Assembly (NCBI GenBank): GCA_965238075.1
Contig: OZ250173.1
Coordinates: forward strand, 1,952,001 to 2,016,000
DNA from: Candidatus Entotheonellaceae bacterium
Lineage (GTDB): Bacteria; Tectomicrobia; Entotheonellia; Entotheonellales; Entotheonellaceae
DNA: 64,000 bases
Direction of reading: 5' to 3'
Below are positions 47,903 through 56,002 of the stretch, in pieces. How positions within the stretch are numbered: position 1 is the first letter of the stretch; each line of letters starts with the position of its first letter. The notes beneath the pieces are model-generated. The model was given only the letters and a program-made list of their open reading frames with translations, was not told the origin of the DNA and searched no databases. Both the position numbers and the translations under genes were made by a program.

Positions 47903-48568
47903 ATGGCAAGGCAACGTTTTGACATCGTGCTAGCTGCCATGGCAGCCGGTGGCGCAGGAACGCGATACGACCCGGTTCGTGTGCAAAAACTCTTCTTCCT
48001 GATCGATAGAGAAATCCCGGAATTCATTGACGGCCCCTGTTTTCATTTCGAGCCATATCATTACGGCCCTTTCGACAAAGCGGTCTATGAGGACCTCGAC
48101 AGGTTGGCCGAGCAGGGGAAGATAAACATCGACACAACCGGGCGGTATAACAGGTATTCATTGACCGATTCAGGGCATGCGAGAGGGGTAGCGGTTTTAA
48201 GGACACTCCCGGAACCGGCGGCTCGCTATATGGAAGACGCCGCCAAGTGGATACGTTTCGTTCCCTTCAAACATCTGTTATCGGCAATCTATCGCCAATA
48301 TCCTGACATGGCGGTCAACAGCATTATTCCGCAGGCCACGTCTGGCTATTCCCACGCATCCTTTCGCTTCGCCATGCCGTCATTCCTCTCAGGGATGGCG
48401 CGGACGCTCGACTTCATGGGAATCCTCGACGGTTATCAATCGGGCAGGAGTGACGAGCGACTTGACGCGTTGGCGATCTATCACGACTGGAGCGCGGTAG
48501 GGGACGATGTCGGGGCGGCTATGAACGCTCACCTTGTTCAAGGGGCGCCCCGTGAGCCGCAGACGTAA
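47903..48568 (+). CDS. YwgA/Panacea(DUF4065)-like domain fused to an uncharacterised C-terminal module
   Basis: VQKLFFL...FEPYHYGPF...DLDRL...RYSLTDSG, then PSFLSGMARTLD...DALAIYHDWSAVGDD. Confidence 0.65.
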   Translation: MARQRFDIVLAAMAAGGAGTRYDPVRVQKLFFLIDREIPEFIDGPCFHFEPYHYGPFDKAVYEDLDRLAEQGKINIDTTGRYNRYSLTDSGHARGVAVLRTLPEPAARYMEDAAKWIRFVPFKHLLSAIYRQYPDMAVNSIIPQATSGYSHASFRFAMPSFLSGMARTLDFMGILDGYQSGRSDERLDALAIYHDWSAVGDDVGAAMNAHLVQGAPREPQT

Positions 48569-49102
48569 CAGGCGTAGCAATTCACGACAAACGGCAGCTC
48601 CACCATATGATCAACAAGCACTGCGCAGGTCCACCCTACCCTCAGAAATCGACAAAGCCGTCAGACTCCAGGTACAAGAGACGCAGGTAGTCCAGCTAAC
48701 TTTGCGGGTCCGCTTCCCCTTCCAGAGCATCTTTCGGAATACGAGGGGATAGCTCCCGGGGCGGCTGAACGTATTATTCGGATGGCGGAATTACAGGCGA
48801 ATCATCGACGCGCCATGGAATCGAAAGTCTTAAATTCTGAGGTGCGCTTGGAGTCACGAGGCCAAATCTTCGGGTTTGTCATTGGAATGACTGCTCTCGT
48901 GGGCGGTATTGGTCTCATGGTTTTCGATAAATCCATAACGGGGGTGGCAACGAGCCTCTCCGCCCTTGCCACTTTGGTAGGTGTATTCGTCTGGTCGGAA
49001 CGTCAGAAGAGCCGCGAATTGAACGAGAAGGCCAATCGCCTAGCGTTCGGTGCTGAACCAACTACCCCTCCACAGTTGTCCGGCGGTCCCAATCGAGATT
49101 GA
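48552..49102 (+). pseudogene. DUF2335-domain membrane protein, 1-nt frameshift near 48690
   Basis: NFAGPLPLPEHLSEYEGIAPGAAERIIRMAE and RGQIFGF plus two TM segments lie in the frame of ORF 48782. That frame has no start codon upstream of 48782; the N-terminus is in another frame from GTG 48552. Confidence 0.75.
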
Positions 49103-49133
49103 GCGCGGTCGCGCGGTTTCGATTAAGCCCGAT

Positions 49134-49224
49134 GTAGGTCGGATCAGCGTAGCGTGATCCGACATTCCGCCGTGGCAAGCAGATGCGCTGCTGTCGGATT
49201 ACGCCTGCGGCTAATCCGCCCTAC
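49134..49224. repeat. Inverted GTAG-REP doublet (REPIN/BIME-like)
   Basis: GTAGGTCGGATCAGCGTAGCGTGATCCGAC (49134-49163) and inverted GTCGGATTACGCCTGCGGCTAATCCGCCCTAC (49193-49224). Confidence 0.8.
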
Positions 49225-49241
49225 GGTCAATTCGACGCCAT

Positions 49242-50333
49242 TCAAGCCACCGCCCCCAGCACGTTATCGCTTGCTCGCCGGGCTTTGAGGCTTTCGTCAA
49301 GCGTGGGATCGTCCCCGATGCCCACCAGTGTCTTGCCAAAGTTGCCGCCCTCCAGCATGGCCCTGAACGCCGTGGGGGCTTGCCGCAGCCCCGGCCACAA
49401 ATCCTCTTTGTACTTGATACGCCCGTCCCGAACCCAGGCCGCCATGTCGGCAAGAAATGGATCCTGGTGCGTGGCCACGAAGTTCCCGACAACAAGCTGA
49501 TGCACCTCCACGTTTTGGCGCTGGAACGTAGCCTGCCCCTGGTTGCGCCACGCCGCATGCGGATCGTCAGAGGACGGGTTGCCGTACTGCGAGACCAGGC
49601 CGCAGAGACTGATGCGTGAACGCGGATTGAGCAGCGGCAGGACGGCTTCGAATACCTTGCCGCCAACGTTTTCGAAGTACGCGTCAACGCCGTCAGGGCA
49701 GGCCGCGGCCAGCGCTTCCGGCAAATCCGGACTTTTGTGCGACACACAGGCGTCGAAACCCAGGACCTCGGTAACGAAGGCGCACTTGTTCGGAGCGCCG
49801 GCGATTCCCACCACACGACACCCGCAAAGCTTGGCGATCTGGCCGGCGATCTGCCCGACCCCGCCGGAAGCCGCCGACACCACGACCGTCTCCCCGGCCT
49901 TGGGCGCACACTGGACGTACATGCCTGCGTAGGCCGTTAGGCCGAGCATGCCCAGCACGCCGACGGCTGTGGAGATGGGCGCCAGGGCAGGATCGATCTT
50001 GCGGGGAAGCATGTAGGTAAACACCGAAACACCCTCGCCCGTGAGGCCATAAGCCTGCCAGCCGTTCGTATTGAAGACGAAATCGCCCTCACGGTAGGTC
50101 GGCAGGTTGCTTTCGACCACCTGCGAAACGGTGCGCCCGTGACAGACCTCGCCGACGGCTTCCAGGCCGCTGCGCCGCCTGCCCCATTGATACGGGTCCA
50201 GCGACAGGTAGATCGTGCGCGTCAGCATCTGGTTGGCGCCGGGGCTGGGGATGGGTGTCTCAGTCAGCCTGAAGTCGTTGTCCACCGGCAGCCCGCCGGG
50301 CGGCGTGCGTGCGAGTAACCATTGGGTGTTCAT
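49242..50333 (-). CDS. NADP-dependent oxidoreductase (CurA/YncB, PGDH-like MDR)
   Basis: YLSLDPY, GVLGMLGLTAY, VSAASGGVG, YFENVGG and GGNFGK motifs. Confidence 0.9.
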   Translation of the reverse strand: MNTQWLLARTPPGGLPVDNDFRLTETPIPSPGANQMLTRTIYLSLDPYQWGRRRSGLEAVGEVCHGRTVSQVVESNLPTYREGDFVFNTNGWQAYGLTGEGVSVFTYMLPRKIDPALAPISTAVGVLGMLGLTAYAGMYVQCAPKAGETVVVSAASGGVGQIAGQIAKLCGCRVVGIAGAPNKCAFVTEVLGFDACVSHKSPDLPEALAAACPDGVDAYFENVGGKVFEAVLPLLNPRSRISLCGLVSQYGNPSSDDPHAAWRNQGQATFQRQNVEVHQLVVGNFVATHQDPFLADMAAWVRDGRIKYKEDLWPGLRQAPTAFRAMLEGGNFGKTLVGIGDDPTLDESLKARRASDNVLGAVA

Positions 50334-50441
50334 CGGTGTTTTCCTTGCTCGAGAAGCGGGGGAGAAAATGGCATTGCCAGCAACGGGTGCAGCGGGCAGA
50401 CTGTTGCCGTGACGTTTCCGGGGTGTCGGACTGCCCCTGGC

Positions 50442-50466
50442 GGGCGGGTTGAAACCCCGCCCCTAC
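50442..50466 (-). repeat. Second GTAG-type REP family
   Basis: Reverse strand GTAG-GGGCGGGGTTTCAACCCGCCC hairpin. Confidence 0.55.
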
Positions 50467-50485
50467 CTACAGAGAGGATCGTGAC

Positions 50486-51838
50486 ATGACGGCATCCACG
50501 TCCGTTTACAGCTACGTCGCCGAAGAGGCGGCCTACCGGCAGCGCAACCCGCGCTCGGCGGCGCGGTTTGCCGAGGCGCAGCAGGTTTTGGCCGGGGGCA
50601 ATTCGCGTCTGACGGCCTTCTTCAAGCCGTTTCCCTTCTACGCTGAGCACGGCGAGGGCTGCGTGCTGCGGGACGCGGACGGCAACGAGCGCCTCGACTT
50701 CTACAACAACGCCACCTCGCTGATCCTTGGGCACCGGGATCCGCAGGTCACCGCGGCGCTGACGGCGCAGGCCGAAAAGGGCACCGCCTTCGCCAATCCG
50801 ACCGAGCCAGAGGTGGAGCTGGCCGGCCTGCTGACCGCGGCGCTGCCTTCGCTACAGCGGTTGCGCTTTACGAACAGCGGCACGGAGGGCGTGGCATTGG
50901 CGCTGCGAGCGGCGCGGGCGTTTACCGGCAAGTCGAAAATCGCCAAAACGGAGGGAGCCTATCACGGCACCAGTGACCACGCCAGCGTCAGCGTGACGCT
51001 CCGCGTGTCAGAGGCGGGAAGCGAAGAAGCGCCCCGCGCGGTGCCGAGCTCGCAGGGGCTGACGGCCAAGACGCTGGACGACGTGGTGATCATCCCATTC
51101 AACGATGCCGCGGCGGCCCGGCGCATCATCGAGCAACACGGTGACGACTTGGCCGCGGTGATCGTCGAGCCCGTCATGGCCGGCATCGGCTACGTGCCCG
51201 CCGAGGCGGCGTTCCTGGAAGCGTTGCGCGAGGCGTGCGACGGACAGCGGACCCTGCTCATCTTCGACGAGGTGCAAACGCTGCGCATGGCTCCCGGCGG
51301 CGCCCAGCAGTGGTACGACGTCGTGCCGGACATGAGCTGCCTCGGCAAAATCATCGGCGGCGGTATGCCGGTGGGGGCGTTCGGCGGCAGGACGGACATC
51401 ATGGCGGCCTTCGACGCCACCGAGGGCGCGCCCGCCATCCCGCACGGCGGCACCTTCAACGCCAATCCCATGACCATGCAGGCCGGCCTCGCCACCATGC
51501 GCCAACTCACCCCGGAGGTCTACGAGCAGATCAACGAGCGCGGCGAAACCCTGCGGCACCAGCTTGAGGAAATGGCGCGCAGCGCGGGCGTGCCGATTCG
51601 CATCAGCGGTATCGCGTCGTTCTTCGGCGTGCAATTAACGGACCGCCCCGTGACGACCTATCGCAGCGCCCAAGGCCAGGACGAGGCACTGCGCCAGAAG
51701 CTCTTTTTGCACCTGATGAATGAGGGGATTTACGTGAACAGCCGGCTGGTGGGCAACATCTCGACGCCCATGGGCCGCCATGAACTCGACAGCTTCACGG
51801 CAGCCTGGGAGAGCTTTCTTGCGAAAATCAGTGGGTAG
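50486..51838 (+). CDS. Class III PLP aminotransferase (GSA aminomutase-like)
   Basis: RFTNSGTE, IFDEVQT, LGKIIGGGMPVGAFGG and GTFNANP motifs. Confidence 0.88.
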   Translation: MTASTSVYSYVAEEAAYRQRNPRSAARFAEAQQVLAGGNSRLTAFFKPFPFYAEHGEGCVLRDADGNERLDFYNNATSLILGHRDPQVTAALTAQAEKGTAFANPTEPEVELAGLLTAALPSLQRLRFTNSGTEGVALALRAARAFTGKSKIAKTEGAYHGTSDHASVSVTLRVSEAGSEEAPRAVPSSQGLTAKTLDDVVIIPFNDAAAARRIIEQHGDDLAAVIVEPVMAGIGYVPAEAAFLEALREACDGQRTLLIFDEVQTLRMAPGGAQQWYDVVPDMSCLGKIIGGGMPVGAFGGRTDIMAAFDATEGAPAIPHGGTFNANPMTMQAGLATMRQLTPEVYEQINERGETLRHQLEEMARSAGVPIRISGIASFFGVQLTDRPVTTYRSAQGQDEALRQKLFLHLMNEGIYVNSRLVGNISTPMGRHELDSFTAAWESFLAKISG

Positions 51839-51844
51839 TAGGCA

Positions 51845-52001
51845 GTGGTTAGTGAATAGTGAAAAGCAGAAGGCAATGCGGGCAAGATGCTGGGCTTTCA
51901 GGGTTTGCTAGCGCATGTTCGGTTCTGAGTGAACCACCATAGGCCGTTTGGTTCCGAACATGCTCTGGCTACTGACCCCTGACCCCTGGCCACTAGCCGC
52001 T
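51845..52001. repeat. Intergenic heptamer repeats flanking an imperfect hairpin
   Basis: agtggtt-agtgaat-agtgaaa on the left; ctgaccc-ctgaccc-ctggcca-ctagccg on the right; GCATGTTCGG..CCGAACATGC stem at 51913-51963. Confidence 0.45.
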
Positions 52002-52811
52002 GGGCTTCTCGGCAATGTAAGCCACCTGCCCGAGCCGGCCGGAGGTAGAGAACTGCTGGCTCATCTGCAGGCGGTCGAGCCCTTCGAGATACCGCTCGGT
52101 ACCCCGGATGGCTTCGAACTCTTCGCGGCGCGCGGTGAACCCCTCGACGAGCCGGGTGTAAAAACGCGCGGCGTAGGCGGACGACACGTCCCGGACGGTC
52201 AGGCGGAGGCCCGCCGCCTCGAGCGCCTCGGCATAACTCCGGGGCGTTTCCAGTATGGGAAAATGCCATACCGTAAAGAAATGCTCCCGCCTCTCGGCGG
52301 GCAGCGGGCGCCGCTCCACGTGGTCAAAAATCGCCATGCGCCCGCCGGGTTTCAGGAGGGCGGCGCAGCGCTGGATCAGGGCGGCGCGCTGCGGGATGTG
52401 GCACCAGGTGTCGTAGGTGATCACGACGTCGAACGAGTCGGGCGGCAAGTCAATGGCCTGGATGTCGCCCAAGCGAAACTGCACCCGGTCGTCGAGGCCG
52501 GCTTCCTTCGCCTGCGCCACGGCCCGTTCGTGGCCGACGGCGGAGACGTCCACGCCGAGCACCTGGCAGCCGAGTTGCTCGGCGAAAAAGCACGCCGGGC
52601 CGCCGGTGCCGCTGCCCACGTCCAGAACCGACGTTCCGGCGCCAACCCCGGCGCGCCGCGCGAAGGTGAGCATTTCCCGCGGCAGCAGGGTGCATTCCTG
52701 ACCAATGAAGTCACCCCCGTATCCCAGCGCCGCCGATGACGCCGAGCCGCTGCGCAGCGCGTCGTAGAAACTCGCCGCCGCGGCGCCGGCCTCGCTTTGC
52801 GTCTTGTCCAT
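51993..52811 (-). CDS. Class I SAM-dependent methyltransferase
   Basis: VLDVGSGTGG, GVDVS, FDVV and LKPGG motifs. Confidence 0.88.
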   Translation of the reverse strand: MDKTQSEAGAAAASFYDALRSGSASSAALGYGGDFIGQECTLLPREMLTFARRAGVGAGTSVLDVGSGTGGPACFFAEQLGCQVLGVDVSAVGHERAVAQAKEAGLDDRVQFRLGDIQAIDLPPDSFDVVITYDTWCHIPQRAALIQRCAALLKPGGRMAIFDHVERRPLPAERREHFFTVWHFPILETPRSYAEALEAAGLRLTVRDVSSAYAARFYTRLVEGFTARREEFEAIRGTERYLEGLDRLQMSQQFSTSGRLGQVAYIAEKPSG

Positions 52812-52843
52812 TTGCTGTGTTCCTCCCACCGCCCGTGCCGATC

Positions 52844-53671
52844 TCACGCGAGCCAGCGTTTGCGGCGCCGATAGTGTTTGACGTCGCGGTAGCTGCGGCG
52901 CCCGGCGGTACTCAGTCCCAGATAAAACTCCTTCACGTCCTCATTGGTGCGCAGGGTCTCGGCGTCGCCGTCCAGAACGACTCTGCCGTTTTCAAGCACG
53001 TAGCCGTAATCGGCGACCCGCAGCGCCACCGTGGCGTTCTGCTCGGCGAGAAGAAAGCTGACGCCCTCTTCGCGGTTCAGCCGTGTCACGATGTCGAAAA
53101 TTTCCGCCACCAACTGGGGTGCCAGGCCCATGGACGGCTCGTCCAGCAGGATGAGCTTGGGGCGGGCCATCAGGGCGCGCCCGATAACCATCATCTGCTG
53201 CTCGCCGCCCGACACGTAGCCGGCCTTGGCGTGCCGCCGCTCGGCCAGCCGCGGGAAGTAGGTATACACCATGTCCATGTCCCGCTGCAGCGCCGGGCGC
53301 CCGGCGTGCCGCGTGTAGGCGCCGGCTAGCAGGTTCTCTTCGCAGGTGAGGTGCCCGAACGGGTGGCGCCCCTCCATCACCTGGATGATGCCCTGCCGAA
53401 CCAGGGTCGACGGATTGAGTCGGTCGATCCGCTGGCCCTGGTATTCGATGCTGCCCTTGGTGACTTCACCGCGCTCGACGCGCAACAGGTTGGAGATGGC
53501 TTTCAGCGTCGTCGTCTTGCCCGCCCCGTTGGCCCCGAGCAGGGTGACGATGCGCCCCTCCGGGACCTCCAGGGAGACGCCCTTGAGGACGAGGATGACG
53601 TGGTCGTAGATGACCTCGATGTTGTTGACGTTCAGGAGCGTCTGGCTCGACGCATTCGTGGCGGCAGTCAC
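52844..53671 (-). CDS. Branched-chain-type ABC ATPase (LivF-like)
   Basis: GANGAGKTT, VSGGEQQM, LLDEPSMGLAP and AEQNA motifs. Confidence 0.93.
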   Translation of the reverse strand: MTAATNASSQTLLNVNNIEVIYDHVILVLKGVSLEVPEGRIVTLLGANGAGKTTTLKAISNLLRVERGEVTKGSIEYQGQRIDRLNPSTLVRQGIIQVMEGRHPFGHLTCEENLLAGAYTRHAGRPALQRDMDMVYTYFPRLAERRHAKAGYVSGGEQQMMVIGRALMARPKLILLDEPSMGLAPQLVAEIFDIVTRLNREEGVSFLLAEQNATVALRVADYGYVLENGRVVLDGDAETLRTNEDVKEFYLGLSTAGRRSYRDVKHYRRRKRWLA

Positions 53672-53683
53672 AAGCGCTCCACC

Positions 53684-55012
53684 TTACCCTTCCGCGGCGC
53701 AATCGCGCGGCGTGATGTTGTTTTCCTTGGCGTATTCTGCCGCCGCCTTCTCGATCTGCGGCCGTACCACCTCACGCATCGGGGTAATCCAGTCGCTCAC
53801 CTTGTCCCACGTACGGCCGTTCCATTGCTGGATGTATACGGGTCCATTACCTTCGTGATCCTCACAGGTGACCTTGATGGGTTTAGCAAAACCGGCCAAG
53901 CCGAGCTCGTTCAGGCGTGCTTTGGTCAGATCCAGGTTTTCCAGCCCCCAGCGTACCTGTTCGCCCGTCATCGGCTGGTTGCCAAAACGCCCCATGGCCG
54001 TGCGGATGGCCTCGGTGTCGTATACGGCGTTCATGATGCCGCGGTTGTATAGTACCTCACCGAAGTTTTTGCCGGCGGCTGCCGCCTGGTCGCCGCCGTA
54101 TATCTGCGACAGGATGGCCTCGTGCACCGGAAAGCCCGCTCCGGCGCCGTGGAAGTTGCCGGCCTTGTAGCCGATGGCGCCGTCACCCGCAGGTACGACG
54201 TCCGACTCGGTCCCCGACCACCACACGCCGATGAAGTGGTCCATCGGGTAGCGGATCGATGCGGCTTCCTTGATTGCCACCTGGTTCATGACGCCCCAGC
54301 CCCACATGAAAATCCAGTCCGGACGGTAGCGGCGCACCTGCAGCCAGGTGGATTTCTGTTCCTGACCCGGATGATCGACGGCAAGCAATTTGAGGTCGTA
54401 GCCGTATTTTTCGGCGAGAATCGTCAGCGTCGGGATCGGCTCCTTGCCGTACGGGCTGTTGTGGTACACCAGGGCGATTTTCTTGCCCTGCAGCGCCTCC
54501 ATGCCGCCTTCCTGCTGCCCGACGTATTTGACGAATGTGGATGCCTGGCTCCAGTACGTGGTGGGGAAATTGAAAATCCACTTGAAGATGCGCCCGTCAG
54601 CCGCCGCGGTGCGCCCGTAGCCCATCGAGTGGATGGGCAACTGGTCCACCGACGCCTTGGGGATGAGCTGGTAAGTGATGCCGGTGCTGTAGGGATTGAT
54701 CAGCGAGGCGCCCGTTGCGCCTCTGTTTTTCAGTCTTTCGTAGCACTCGACGCCCAGCTTGGTGTTGTACTTCGTCTCGCACTCTTCCCAGGTGATCTTG
54801 ACGCCGTTGATGCCGCCGTCGCGCGCGTTGAGTAGCTTGATGTAATCGACATAGCCGTTGGCCACCGGGATGCCGTTCGGCGCATAAGGCCCCGTGCGGT
54901 AAACGAAGAGCGGGATGAATTGCTCGTCCTGGCCCCACACCGGAGCCACCAGGAGCAACGCCGCCAATACCGCCGCCCCGGCCAGCACGCCGGGCGTTTT
55001 CGTACGTTTCAT
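53684..55012 (-). CDS. ABC transporter substrate-binding protein (HAAT family)
   Basis: Signal peptide; YRTGPYAPNG, NARDGGINGV, WGWGVMN and TCEDHEG motifs. Confidence 0.9.
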   Translation of the reverse strand: MKRTKTPGVLAGAAVLAALLLVAPVWGQDEQFIPLFVYRTGPYAPNGIPVANGYVDYIKLLNARDGGINGVKITWEECETKYNTKLGVECYERLKNRGATGASLINPYSTGITYQLIPKASVDQLPIHSMGYGRTAAADGRIFKWIFNFPTTYWSQASTFVKYVGQQEGGMEALQGKKIALVYHNSPYGKEPIPTLTILAEKYGYDLKLLAVDHPGQEQKSTWLQVRRYRPDWIFMWGWGVMNQVAIKEAASIRYPMDHFIGVWWSGTESDVVPAGDGAIGYKAGNFHGAGAGFPVHEAILSQIYGGDQAAAAGKNFGEVLYNRGIMNAVYDTEAIRTAMGRFGNQPMTGEQVRWGLENLDLTKARLNELGLAGFAKPIKVTCEDHEGNGPVYIQQWNGRTWDKVSDWITPMREVVRPQIEKAAAEYAKENNITPRDCAAEG

Positions 55013-55144
55013 GACAAGTCTCCATCGAAAGGTTGCAAGTGATTGATTTATCGGCAGAACGCGCCGTTGTCGTCCTGGATAAGGCGGCGTCTATTGTAAA
55101 CGCGCCCGTTGCGCTAACGCAAATCAGCGAGTCGCTAAAAGCCT

Positions 55145-55174
55145 GCAGGTCGGATTAGCGCAGCGTAATCCGAC
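55145..55174 (+). repeat. REP palindrome (same family as 2726)
   Basis: GCAG-GTCGGATTAGCGCAGCGTAATCCGAC. Confidence 0.8.
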
Positions 55175-55257
55175 ATTCCACCCCTGACCACCCCTTTGAG
55201 GCATTGGGCAATCTGATCTATGATGGACTAGATTAAACTTTTCCAGGGAGTGCATCA

Positions 55258-55536
55258 ATGCCTAACACCAAACCCCACCGCGTCTGGACCGTCGCCGAAG
55301 CCAAGGCTCGCTTATCGGAAATTCTCCGGCTTGCGGAAACAGAGGGTCCCCAGTGCATCGGTGCGCGGAAACCCTTCATTGTAGTGCCTGCCCAAGTGTG
55401 GGCTGAGCGTGAGACGCCTCGCACACCGCTTGGCCGATGGCTGGTTGAAAACACGCCGCGTGGAACGAGCCTTGAAATCCCCAGTCGCCACGACCGAGGA
55501 CGCGAGATCCCGTTTATCAATGAAGCGGACGCATGA
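55258..55536 (+). CDS. Phd/YefM-like antitoxin
   Basis: WTVAEAKARLSEILRLAETEGPQ; ATGA overlap with the toxin gene. Confidence 0.85.
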   Translation: MPNTKPHRVWTVAEAKARLSEILRLAETEGPQCIGARKPFIVVPAQVWAERETPRTPLGRWLVENTPRGTSLEIPSRHDRGREIPFINEADA

Positions 55537-55952
55537 GTGGTTATCTCCTGGATACCAACGTGGTTTCGGAGTTATCGAAACAGACCCCGCACCCAGGCAT
55601 TGTGGCGTTTCTGGATGCCGAGGATGACCTTTGGCTATCGGTCATCGTTCTCGAAGAGCTTGAATTGGGTGTGCGACTGCTCCCGGAGAGCCGCCGTCGC
55701 AGCCGATTGAGGGACTGGCTATCCCAACTGACGGTGGACTTTGCCGCACGTGTCTTGCCTATCGGGAGACGGGAAGCTGAGCAGGCCGCTGTGTTCCAGG
55801 CACGCGCGCGCCGGGATGGCAGGGTGCTGCACCTTGCCGACGCACTTATTGCGGGGACGGCCATTACTCACGATTTGGCTGTGGTAACCCGTAACGCCAG
55901 AGATTTTGACGGTTTGGACATTGGCGTGATAAACCCCTGGCAAACGCCATGA
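55533..55952 (+). CDS. vapC: Type II TA VapC (PIN) toxin
   Basis: YLLDTNVVSEL, DALIAGTA, VVTRNARDF and INPW motifs. Confidence 0.93.
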   Translation: MSGYLLDTNVVSELSKQTPHPGIVAFLDAEDDLWLSVIVLEELELGVRLLPESRRRSRLRDWLSQLTVDFAARVLPIGRREAEQAAVFQARARRDGRVLHLADALIAGTAITHDLAVVTRNARDFDGLDIGVINPWQTP

Positions 55953-56002
55953 GCATCTCACCGAATACGACGTTGGGCAGGCCGCACAGGTCTGAGCAGC
56001 GA

